From Catenibacterium mitsuokai (GTDB taxonomy: Bacteria > Bacillota_I > Bacilli_A > Erysipelotrichales > Coprobacillaceae): a DNA stretch of 32,000 bases. Location of the stretch: the NCBI RefSeq assembly GCF_025148785.1, contig NZ_CP102271.1:77434-109433 (forward strand). Reading direction: 5' to 3'. The notes under the pieces were generated by a model that worked only from the letters and a program-made list of their open reading frames with translations, had not been told where the DNA came from and ran no database searches. This document shows, piece after piece, positions 9,443 through 16,777 of the stretch. Both the position numbers and the translations under genes were made by a program. Each line of letters starts with the position of its first letter. Position 1 is the first letter of the stretch.

Positions 9443-9466
9443 AATCCTTTATGTATGATTAATCAT
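9431..9466 (+). promoter_or_regulatory. Candidate promoter with an overlapping 12-bp perfect palindrome
   Basis: TTGACT (9431-9436), 17-nt spacer, TATGAT (9454-9459). The palindrome ATGATTAATCAT lies at 9455-9466. Confidence 0.4.
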
Positions 9467-9486
9467 GTTAATCAAGGAGGATAAAT

Positions 9487-9981
9487 ATGGAATCAATCGC
9501 ATTATGGTTTGCAGGAACATTAGGTAAATATATTTCACCTAAGATTGCAGTATTTATAGTTTCTTTAGTTCCTATTCTTGAATGTCGTGGAGGATTAATT
9601 GCATCTGCATTATTAAAAGTAGATATTCGTTATGCAGTTCCTATATGTATTCTAGGAAATATCTTACCAATTCCATTTATTTTGTTATTTATTAAACGTA
9701 TATTTAAATGGCTTAAGAAGTTTAACTTCTCTAGACCATTAATTGAAAAACTAGAAAACCGTGCTATGAATAAGAGTAAGGGTATGAGTAATGGTGAATT
9801 CTTAGGACTCTTATTATTTGTAGGAATCCCATTACCAGGTACTGGTGCATGGACAGGTTCTTTAGTGGCTGCATTACTTGATATGGACTTCAAGAAGGCT
9901 ATTACAGCTATCTTCTTAGGTATCTTACTTGCGACACTTATTGTTGGTTCATTATCATATGGCTTATTAGCTGCATTCTAA
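9487..9981 (+). CDS. Small membrane protein, putative small multidrug export family (COG2426-like)
   Basis: Four predicted TM segments and the ECRGG motif typical of this family. AAGGAGG RBS. Confidence 0.6.
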   Translation: MESIALWFAGTLGKYISPKIAVFIVSLVPILECRGGLIASALLKVDIRYAVPICILGNILPIPFILLFIKRIFKWLKKFNFSRPLIEKLENRAMNKSKGMSNGEFLGLLLFVGIPLPGTGAWTGSLVAALLDMDFKKAITAIFLGILLATLIVGSLSYGLLAAF

Positions 9982-9982
9982 A

Positions 9983-10007
9983 AGAGAGACTAATCATCTC
10001 TCTTTTT
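9983..10007 (+). terminator. Intrinsic terminator
   Basis: AGAGAGA-ctaatca-TCTCTCT followed by a T-run. Confidence 0.8.
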
Positions 10008-10077
10008 ATATTTCTGCACTTTCACTAATCCTTTTTTACAACCTAAACATAATTCATTTTCAAATAACCTTCTATGA

Positions 10078-10105
10078 TTGACAAGCGATATGAATTTGGT
10101 AGAAT
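10078..10105 (+). promoter_or_regulatory. Sigma-A promoter of the riboswitch-ATPase unit
   Basis: TTGACA (10078-10083), 16-nt spacer, TAGAAT (10100-10105). Confidence 0.65.
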
Positions 10106-10113
10106 GAAATTAA

Positions 10114-10232
10114 TTAAAGGGGAGTAGCTCTTACAGAACCGTTCGTCAACACGTTATGTTCAACATAACCGGATTGTTTTGGTCATTTATGATCAGCGAG
10201 ACCTTTAATAAAACGATTGTTTTTATTAAAGG
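10114..10232 (+). promoter_or_regulatory. yybP-ykoY (Mn2+) riboswitch with an SD-sequestering expression platform
   Basis: The 5' conserved block AAAGGGGAGUAGC and the 3' block AUCAGCGAGACCUUU are both present, with internal CGUCAAC and UUGGUCAU elements. A 12-bp alternative helix pairs 10202-10213 with 10221-10232. Confidence 0.85.
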
Positions 10233-10242
10233 AGGAATACAA

Positions 10243-12822
10243 ATGTATAAAAAAACAATTGAAGAAGTAGTAAACTCTTTAGATACAAATATTGAAAAGG
10301 GACTAACTTCTTCTGAAGCAAAGAAGAGACAAGGCATATATGGTACCAATGAACTAGAAAAGCCACAGAAAAGGTCTCTTCTTTTACGTTTTCTAGATCA
10401 ATTCAAGGATGCAATGATTATTATTTTAATTATTGCAGCAGTGATATCTATTGTTGTAGAACCAGGAGACTGGATTGATTCTCTAATTATTGTAATAGTT
10501 GTTATGATGAATGCGATTCTTGGTGTTGTATTAGAGAGTCATGCAGAAAAGAGTCTTGAATCATTACAGGAATTATCTGCACCACAATCAAAGGTATTAA
10601 GAGATGGTGTGAAACAGACTATAGCCTCTAAGGAATTAGTGCCTGGTGATATTATTATTCTTGAAACAGGGGATATGATTCCTAGTGATGCACGTTTAAT
10701 TGAAGCTTATAACTTAAAGGTGGATGAATCAGCCTTAACAGGTGAATCTGTTCCTGTAGAAAAGACAACTGATCCTATTAGTCAGGATGTTGTGATTGGC
10801 GACCAGACAAATATGGTCTTCTCTTCTACAGTAGTCACTTATGGTCGTGGTAAAGCAATAGTGACATCTACTGGTATGAAGAATGAAGTAGGTAAGATTG
10901 CTGGCATGTTGAATGCGAGTGAAAAGGAATTAACACCTTTACAGGTTAAATTAAATGAAATTGGTAAAACAATTGGATTACTTTGTATTGTAATCTGTGT
11001 GATTGTATTTATTCTTGAATCTATTAGCGGTATTAGCTGGTTAGAATCATTTAAGACAGCTGTTGCCTTAGCTGTTGCAGCTGTACCAGAAGGACTTGCA
11101 GCTACTGTTACTATTGTCTTAGCTGTCAGCGTGACTAAGATGGTTAAACAGCATGCCATTATTCGTAAATTACCTGCAGTAGAAACATTGGGTAGTACTT
11201 CTATTGTATGTTCTGATAAGACAGGTACATTAACACAAAATAAGATGACTATCTTAAAGACTTACTTAGATGGTGACGAAGTAAAAGATTTAGAAGAAGC
11301 AGATTCTAAGACTATTGATATGTTGAATGCATTTACTCTATGTTCTGATGCTTCTATTGATGATGGCAAGGTACTAGGTGATCCTACTGAAGTCGCACTC
11401 GTAGAAGCAAGTAAGAAGATGAACTTTGAAAAGAAAGCACTCATGGAAAAGTGTCCACGTGTAGGAGAATTAGCTTTTGATTCTGATCGTAAGATGATGA
11501 GTGTTATTGTGAAGGATGGAGATCGTTATGTGTCTATTACTAAAGGTGGACCTGATGTGATCTTAAATAGATGTCGTGATGTAGATAGTGACCAGGCTAT
11601 GACTGCCAATGATGAAATGGCTAAAGATGCATTAAGAGTTTTAGCTGTGGCAGTGAAGATATATGATACAATGCCTACTCACATTACAGTAGAAGAAATA
11701 GAAAATGATATGGACTTTATTGGGTTTGTAGGTATGATTGACCCAGCTCGTCCAGAAGCCAAAGAAGCCATTAGAGTTGCTAAGCATGCAGGTGTGCGTA
11801 CGATTATGATCACTGGTGACCATAAGACAACAGCCACTGCCATTGCGAAGGATTTAGGTATTTTAAGTGAGGGACAGGAAGTTATTTCTGGTGAAGAATT
11901 ATCTCAGATGTCTCAGGAAGAACTAGAAAAGAATGTAGAAAAATATAGTGTTTATGCACGTGTGGCTCCTGAACATAAAGTAAATATCGTCAAAGCATGG
12001 AAATCAAAGAATAAGATTGTCGCTATGACAGGGGATGGTGTCAATGATGCACCAGCCTTAAAGACTGCAGATATTGGCTGCGCTATGGGTATTACAGGTA
12101 CAGATGTAGCGAAGAATGCTGCTACTATGATCCTAACAGATGACAACTTTGCGACTATTATTCAGTCTATTAAACAGGGTCGTGGTATTTTTGATAATAT
12201 CCAGAAGGATGTACAGTTCTTATTATCAAGTAATATTGGTGAAGTACTTGCAATCTTCTTGGCTTCTATTATTGCGTTAATTAACCCTTCATGGGGATTT
12301 GGTGTTCCACTATTACCTATTCATTTATTATGGATTAACCTAATCACAGATGCTTTACCAGCCTTTGCGATTGGTTTAGAACCCGTTGAAGATGATATCA
12401 TGGATAGAAAACCAAGAGAAAAGGATGAAGGTTTCTTTGCGAATGGCTTAATGGTGAAAGTCATCTGGCAGGGTGTTATGGTAGGTTTACTTACTTTAGT
12501 TTCTTATTCAATTGGTCAGTATTTCAGTAATCATGAATATGCGATGACTATGGCATTTATCACAATGTCAGGCGCTGAATTATGTCATGCTTTTAACGTG
12601 AAGAGTCATCATTCAGTATTTAATAAGCAGGTATTCAACAATAAATATTTATGGGGTGCAACAGCTTTAGGTCTTGTATTACAGTTAGCCATCATCTTTA
12701 CACCTCTTTCTCATTTATTTAGTTTAGTGCCTCTTGATCCATCTCATTTCGCGATTGCAGCATTACTTGCATTCTCAGTTATCCCAATCGTAGAAATCTC
12801 TAAACGTTTCGATAAACGTTAA
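10243..12822 (+). CDS. P2-type cation-transporting ATPase (Ca2+/Mn2+ family)
   Basis: DKTGTLT phosphorylation motif, TGES, MITGDH and TGDGVNDAPAL. The ATG at 10243 lies 7 nt after AAAGGAGG. The track start at 10156 falls inside the riboswitch and is rejected. Confidence 0.9.
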   Translation: MYKKTIEEVVNSLDTNIEKGLTSSEAKKRQGIYGTNELEKPQKRSLLLRFLDQFKDAMIIILIIAAVISIVVEPGDWIDSLIIVIVVMMNAILGVVLESHAEKSLESLQELSAPQSKVLRDGVKQTIASKELVPGDIIILETGDMIPSDARLIEAYNLKVDESALTGESVPVEKTTDPISQDVVIGDQTNMVFSSTVVTYGRGKAIVTSTGMKNEVGKIAGMLNASEKELTPLQVKLNEIGKTIGLLCIVICVIVFILESISGISWLESFKTAVALAVAAVPEGLAATVTIVLAVSVTKMVKQHAIIRKLPAVETLGSTSIVCSDKTGTLTQNKMTILKTYLDGDEVKDLEEADSKTIDMLNAFTLCSDASIDDGKVLGDPTEVALVEASKKMNFEKKALMEKCPRVGELAFDSDRKMMSVIVKDGDRYVSITKGGPDVILNRCRDVDSDQAMTANDEMAKDALRVLAVAVKIYDTMPTHITVEEIENDMDFIGFVGMIDPARPEAKEAIRVAKHAGVRTIMITGDHKTTATAIAKDLGILSEGQEVISGEELSQMSQEELEKNVEKYSVYARVAPEHKVNIVKAWKSKNKIVAMTGDGVNDAPALKTADIGCAMGITGTDVAKNAATMILTDDNFATIIQSIKQGRGIFDNIQKDVQFLLSSNIGEVLAIFLASIIALINPSWGFGVPLLPIHLLWINLITDALPAFAIGLEPVEDDIMDRKPREKDEGFFANGLMVKVIWQGVMVGLLTLVSYSIGQYFSNHEYAMTMAFITMSGAELCHAFNVKSHHSVFNKQVFNNKYLWGATALGLVLQLAIIFTPLSHLFSLVPLDPSHFAIAALLAFSVIPIVEISKRFDKR

Positions 12823-12847
12823 CACCTGCATTGCAGGTGTTTTTTTT
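12823..12847 (+). terminator. Intrinsic terminator after the ATPase
   Basis: CACCTGC-att-GCAGGTG followed by T8. Confidence 0.85.
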
Positions 12848-12857
12848 ACTATTTCTA

Positions 12858-12886
12858 TTGCATTTATCTAATGAGAGTAGTATTAT
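12858..12886 (+). promoter_or_regulatory. Candidate orphan sigma-A promoter inside a gene-free interval
   Basis: TTGCAT (12858-12863), 17-nt spacer, TATTAT (12881-12886). Confidence 0.4.
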
Positions 12887-12892
12887 TTAGTT

Positions 12893-13000
12893 AGTAAAGG
12901 CTAACCTCCTTTACTAAACACAACATATCCTTTCATATTCTCAGTTCCTTAAAACAGAGGACATAAAAAAATCACAGGACGGCACACACCTGTGATTTTT
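12893..13000 (+). ncRNA. Candidate small RNA (about 105 nt), possibly metal-responsive (hypothesis)
   Basis: The interval runs from a promoter to a terminator with no ORF. It starts with the stem-loop UUAGUAAAGG-cuaaccu-CCUUUACUAA. It contains the anti-SD CCUCCUUU and two further CCUU motifs. It ends in the hairpin at 12971-12998 plus U7. Confidence 0.3.
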
Positions 13001-13003
13001 TTA
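12964..13003. terminator. Bidirectional intrinsic terminator
   Basis: A7, then ATCACAGG-acggcacac-CCTGTGAT, then T7. It serves the minus-strand regulator gene and any plus-strand transcript. Confidence 0.8.
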
Positions 13004-13004
13004 T

Positions 13005-13376
13005 TTAGATCTTATTTTTAAAATAAGCTTTTAATGCTTCAAAAGTTTCTGGTGAAATATAATGTTCGATACGACATGCATCCTGTGAAGCAGTAGACTC
13101 ACTGACTCCAATATGAACTAGGATATTTCTTAATTCAGTATGTCTTTCAAATATCATATTCGCAATCTTAGCACCAGCTTCTGTTAATGTGATGGCACCA
13201 TCTTCATCCATGTTGATGAGTTCCTTCTCTTTTAATCTTTTCATCTGTTGTGAAATAGTAGGTTTAGAGAAATTCATTTCACGGGCGATATCAATGGAAC
13301 GCACATGTCCTTTCTTTTTCTGAATAACTAATATAGTTTCTAAGTACATCTCTGTTGATTCACTCATTTTATTCAC
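13005..13376 (-). CDS. DtxR/MntR-family metal-dependent transcriptional regulator (short, 123 aa)
   Basis: TEMYLETI...VRSIDIAREMNFSKPTISQQMKRL wHTH, followed by a dimerisation/metal-site helix (RHTELRNIL...CRIEH). Confidence 0.85.
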   Translation of the reverse strand: MNKMSESTEMYLETILVIQKKKGHVRSIDIAREMNFSKPTISQQMKRLKEKELINMDEDGAITLTEAGAKIANMIFERHTELRNILVHIGVSESTASQDACRIEHYISPETFEALKAYFKNKI

Positions 13377-13420
13377 CTCATTTTCATCATTATAGCATAA
13401 AAATTCAAATAATGAAAAAG

Positions 13421-13509
13421 TTAGGCTTTACTAATATTTTTGTTGACATATAAAAATAGTAAGGCTATACTAACAATGAAGTTAGAAAAGGCTAATTAGT
13501 TTAGTCTAA
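13421..13509. promoter_or_regulatory. Cluster of TTAG-N6-CTAA / AGGCTAA boxes, candidate operators of the DtxR-family regulator
   Basis: TTAGGCTTTACTAA (13421-13434), TAGTAAGGCTATACTAA (13457-13473), TTAGAAAAGGCTAA (13482-13495) and TTAGTTTAGTCTAA (13496-13509). The AGGCTAA core also occurs in the classical DtxR/IdeR palindrome. Confidence 0.55.
13443..13471 (+). promoter_or_regulatory. Sigma-A promoter of the feoA-feoA-feoB operon
   Basis: TTGACA (13443-13448), 17-nt spacer, TATACT (13466-13471). It is overlapped by the box at 13457-13473. Confidence 0.7.
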
Positions 13510-13530
13510 TCATCTGAGGAGGCGGAGTAT

Positions 13531-13740
13531 ATGCCAATTAGTATGGCAAATCCTGGAGATACAGTCATTATTAGACGTATTACAGGAACTGATAAAGTAA
13601 AGAATCATCTAGCAGAACTTGGTTTTGTGGTAGATGGTGAAGTGACTATTATCAGTAAAGTGGATAACGGAATTATTTGTAATGTGAAAGGTAGTAGGAT
13701 TGCGCTTTCTGAACAGATGGCGAATCGTATATTGTTTTAA
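13531..13740 (+). CDS. feoA: FeoA-family protein
   Basis: SH3-like FeoA pattern (GDTVIIRRI...LAELGF..G..V.I). GAGGAGG RBS. Confidence 0.85.
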   Translation: MPISMANPGDTVIIRRITGTDKVKNHLAELGFVVDGEVTIISKVDNGIICNVKGSRIALSEQMANRILF

Positions 13741-13752
13741 GGGAGGAGTATC

Positions 13753-13974
13753 ATGAACTTAAAAGAAGTAAAAGTGGGCGAAACAGTAACTATTAAAAAA
13801 GTAACTGGTACAGGTCCAGTAAAAAGAAGAATTATGGATATGGGTTTAACTAAAGGACAGAATGTTTATGTAAGAAAAGTTGCACCTTTAGGAGATCCAG
13901 TAGAAATTACAGTACGTGGTTATGAATTATCTTTGCGTAAAGCAGATGCGCAGATGATTGAAGTGGAGGAATAG
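13753..13974 (+). CDS. feoA: FeoA-family protein (second copy)
   Basis: LKEVKVGETVTIKKV...RRIMDMGLTKG...GDPVEITVRGYELSLR. GGGAGG RBS. Confidence 0.9.
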   Translation: MNLKEVKVGETVTIKKVTGTGPVKRRIMDMGLTKGQNVYVRKVAPLGDPVEITVRGYELSLRKADAQMIEVEE

Positions 13975-13976
13975 TT

Positions 13977-16100
13977 ATGAAGATAGCGTTAGCGGGTAAC
14001 CCTAACTCTGGTAAAACAACGTTATTCAATGCACTGACTGGTAGTACTCAGTATGTTGGTAACTGGCCAGGGGTTACAGTTGAAAAGAAAGATGGGAAAC
14101 TAAAAGGTCATAAAGATGTGACTATCCAGGATTTACCTGGTATTTATTCATTATCTCCTTATACACTTGAAGAAGTTGTTACAAGAAGATATTTGATTAA
14201 TGAAACACCTGATGCAATCATTAATATCATTGATGGAACTAACCTAGAAAGAAACCTATATTTAACAACTCAGTTAGCTGAATTAGGTATTCCTATGGTT
14301 TTAGCTGTCAACATGTATGATATCATTGAAAAGAAGGGTGATAAGATTGACTTAGATCAGTTAGGTCAGTTATTTGGTTGTAAAGCAATGACTTTATCAG
14401 CATTAAAGGATAAAGGTACTCAGGAAGTGGCTGAAGAAGCAATTAAACTTGCACATAACCATAAGGTATCAGAACATCCTCATGTATTTGAGGGTTCTGT
14501 AGAACATGCTTTAGCACATATTGAAGAATCAATTGAAAACAAAGTAGATGCATCTAAGTTAAGATGGTTTGCGGTTAAGGTATTTGAAAGAGATGAAAAG
14601 GTATTGGCTGAACTTAAATTAGATCAGGCAGTATTAAATGAAATCGAAGGTCATATTGCGGATTGTGAAAATGAAATGGATGATGATTCAGAATCTATTA
14701 TCACAAACCAGAGATATACTTTTATTAAGAATTCTATTAATAAGGTTCTTACAAAGAAGAATCCACATCAGACATTATCTACATCAGATAAGATTGATAA
14801 GATTGTCACTAACAGATTCTTAGCTTTACCAATCTTTGTATTAATTATGTGGTTTGTTTATTACATCTCAGTATCTACAGTAGGTGACTGGATGACTAGC
14901 TGGGTGAATGATGTATTATTTACTGAAATCATTCCACCTGCAGTAGAAACTTTCCTTAAATCAATTGGTTGTGCAGCTCCATTAATCAGCTTAATCAATG
15001 ATGGTATTATTGCTGGTGTTGGTACAGTATTAGGTTTCGTACCACAGATGGCACTTATCTTCTTATTCTTAGCTATTCTTGAAGATTCAGGATATATGGC
15101 AAGAATTGCATTCATTATGGATAGACTATTACGTAAATTCGGTTTATCTGGTAAATCATTTATCCCTATCTTAATTGGTACAGGATGTGGTGTTCCAGCC
15201 GTTATGGGTACACGTACTATTGAAAATGAATCAGATAGAAGAATGACTATTATGTTATGTACATTTATTCCTTGTGGTGCGAAGACTGTTATTATTGGTA
15301 TGATCACTTCAGCATTCTTCCCAGGCAACATTTGGATTGCGCCAGCAATGTATTTCTTAGGTATTTTAGTTATTATCTTATCAGGTATCGCATTAAAGAA
15401 GACTCGTTTCTTTGCAGGTGATCCAGCACCATTCGTAATGGAATTACCAGCATACCATATTCCTACATTAAGAGGTGTATTCATCCATGTTTGGGAACGT
15501 GCAAAAGCATTCATGATTAAAGCAGGTACTATTATCTTTAGTATTTGTATCATAGTATGGTTATTATCTACATTTAACTTCTCATTCCAGATGGTTGAAG
15601 TTGAAAACTCAATGTTAGCATCTATTGGTCATGTATTTGCAACTTTATTCGCACCAGTAGGTATTGAAAACTGGAAAGGTTCAGTAGCTGTTATTTCAGC
15701 ATTAGCTGCTAAGGAACAGGCTATTTCTACTATCTCTATCTTAAATCACATGGGTGATGCAGATTCAGGTGCGAAGGCAATTCATGCTATGGTGAATACT
15801 TTCTCTGCAATGGGTGGTTTCTCATTCATGATCTTGAACTTATTCGATCCACCATGCATTGCCGCTATTGGTACAATCATGAGAGAAATGGGTTCTAAGT
15901 TCTGGGGATGGTTCGCCGTATTATATCAGATGGTATTAGGTTATGTATTAGCTATGATCACTTATCAGTTGGGTTCATGGTTATTCTATGGTGCAACATT
16001 CGGATTAGGTCAGATTCTATCAATCGTATGTATTTTAGTAATGATCTACTTCATTGTAAGACCAGCACCTAAACCAGAATTAAAGACACAGAGAGCTTAA
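13977..16100 (+). CDS. feoB: Ferrous iron transporter FeoB
   Basis: G-domain motifs GNPNSGKTTLFN, DLPG and NMYD, followed by the gate/permease domains. It is a paralogue of the protein at 2376-4721. Confidence 0.95.
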   Translation: MKIALAGNPNSGKTTLFNALTGSTQYVGNWPGVTVEKKDGKLKGHKDVTIQDLPGIYSLSPYTLEEVVTRRYLINETPDAIINIIDGTNLERNLYLTTQLAELGIPMVLAVNMYDIIEKKGDKIDLDQLGQLFGCKAMTLSALKDKGTQEVAEEAIKLAHNHKVSEHPHVFEGSVEHALAHIEESIENKVDASKLRWFAVKVFERDEKVLAELKLDQAVLNEIEGHIADCENEMDDDSESIITNQRYTFIKNSINKVLTKKNPHQTLSTSDKIDKIVTNRFLALPIFVLIMWFVYYISVSTVGDWMTSWVNDVLFTEIIPPAVETFLKSIGCAAPLISLINDGIIAGVGTVLGFVPQMALIFLFLAILEDSGYMARIAFIMDRLLRKFGLSGKSFIPILIGTGCGVPAVMGTRTIENESDRRMTIMLCTFIPCGAKTVIIGMITSAFFPGNIWIAPAMYFLGILVIILSGIALKKTRFFAGDPAPFVMELPAYHIPTLRGVFIHVWERAKAFMIKAGTIIFSICIIVWLLSTFNFSFQMVEVENSMLASIGHVFATLFAPVGIENWKGSVAVISALAAKEQAISTISILNHMGDADSGAKAIHAMVNTFSAMGGFSFMILNLFDPPCIAAIGTIMREMGSKFWGWFAVLYQMVLGYVLAMITYQLGSWLFYGATFGLGQILSIVCILVMIYFIVRPAPKPELKTQRA

Positions 16101-16106
16101 TCAATT

Positions 16107-16454
16107 ATGGGTAACATCATAGTTGCGGCTATTATTGTTGTGTTGCTCATTATAGGTGTTCTTCACTACAAGAAGACATTACAGTCAGGATGTTGTGGTG
16201 AACACGATCAAATAAAGAAAATAGGTACGGGGGATAAGGATAAAAATCTTTATCCCTATCGTACTACTCTTCATATTGACGATATGTTCTGCAAGAACTG
16301 TGCAGCAACAATAGAAAACGCATTTAATCAACATAAAGAATATCTAGCATCAGTAAACATGAATAAGAAAGAAATCACTATTCTTTCTATGAATCAACCT
16401 GATCTAGAAATATATAAACAGATGATCATCAAACTTGGTTATACTCCAAGATAA
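16107..16454 (+). CDS. Membrane-anchored protein: an N-terminus like the FeoB-associated Cys-rich family, fused to a heavy-metal-associated (HMA) domain
   Basis: One N-terminal TM segment plus a GCCG motif, resembling the next gene. The C-terminal 65 aa align to the CopZ-type fold with MFCKNC in the position of the MxCxxC motif. The RBS is weak, so translation may be coupled to feoB. Confidence 0.6.
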   Translation: MGNIIVAAIIVVLLIIGVLHYKKTLQSGCCGEHDQIKKIGTGDKDKNLYPYRTTLHIDDMFCKNCAATIENAFNQHKEYLASVNMNKKEITILSMNQPDLEIYKQMIIKLGYTPR

Positions 16455-16483
16455 ATGTATAATAGAAGCAAGGAGGAGATAGT

Positions 16484-16675
16484 ATGGGTACAATTATAGT
16501 AAGTATTTTATTAGTTATCTGGATTTGTCTTGTCCTTAGAACTATATATAAAAATAAGAAAAAAGGCATAGGTGTATGTGGACATAATTGTAATACATGT
16601 GGCACAAATGATCTATGTCATGCTGATCTCTATAAAATGTATCGTGAAGAGATGCGTAAAGAAGGGCACGCTTAG
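16484..16675 (+). CDS. FeoB-associated Cys-rich membrane protein
   Basis: One TM segment, a K-rich stretch, then CGHNCNTCGTNDLC. AAGGAGGAG RBS. Confidence 0.75.
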   Translation: MGTIIVSILLVIWICLVLRTIYKNKKKGIGVCGHNCNTCGTNDLCHADLYKMYREEMRKEGHA

Positions 16676-16691
16676 TGTTCTTCTTTTTTTT
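16661..16691 (+). terminator. Intrinsic terminator of the feo operon
   Basis: GAAGGGCAC-gctta-GTGTTCTTC (two G-U pairs) followed by T8. Confidence 0.7.
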
Positions 16692-16777
16692 AGTTTGAGC
16701 ATATTCATTGAATTATATCTCAAAAGGACTATAGTATAAGTAGTAATAATTACTATATACTAAAGGAGGATCATAAT

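Noticed and set aside
10156-10242. N-terminal extension of the ATPase ORF (track start at 10156)
   Set aside because: It overlaps the yybP-ykoY riboswitch and has no RBS. The ATG at 10243 has a consensus AAAGGAGG 7 nt upstream, and the MYKKTIEEV N-terminus is typical of P2 ATPases.
12857-12867. The 11-mer ATTGCATTTAT is shared between 12857-12867 and 28298-28308
   Set aside because: Both sit on candidate -35 regions (TTGCAT). The match does not extend further, so it is probably coincidence between AT-rich promoter sequences and not a repeat family.
12922-12957. 11-codon minus-strand mini-ORF (MKGYVVFSKGG), plus the minus-strand AAAGGAGG at 12905-12912
   Set aside because: The mini-ORF lies immediately downstream of the regulator's terminator with no promoter. 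The strong SD-like sequence has no start codon at a usable distance. The plus-strand sRNA or operator reading explains the sequence better.
14861-15553. 230-aa minus-strand ORF inside feoB, with similar antisense ORFs at 3203-3607, 3743-4012, 4211-4717, 10839-11159 and 11952-12146
   Set aside because: All lie completely within strongly supported plus-strand genes (FeoB, ATPase). They lack RBSs and have shadow-ORF composition.
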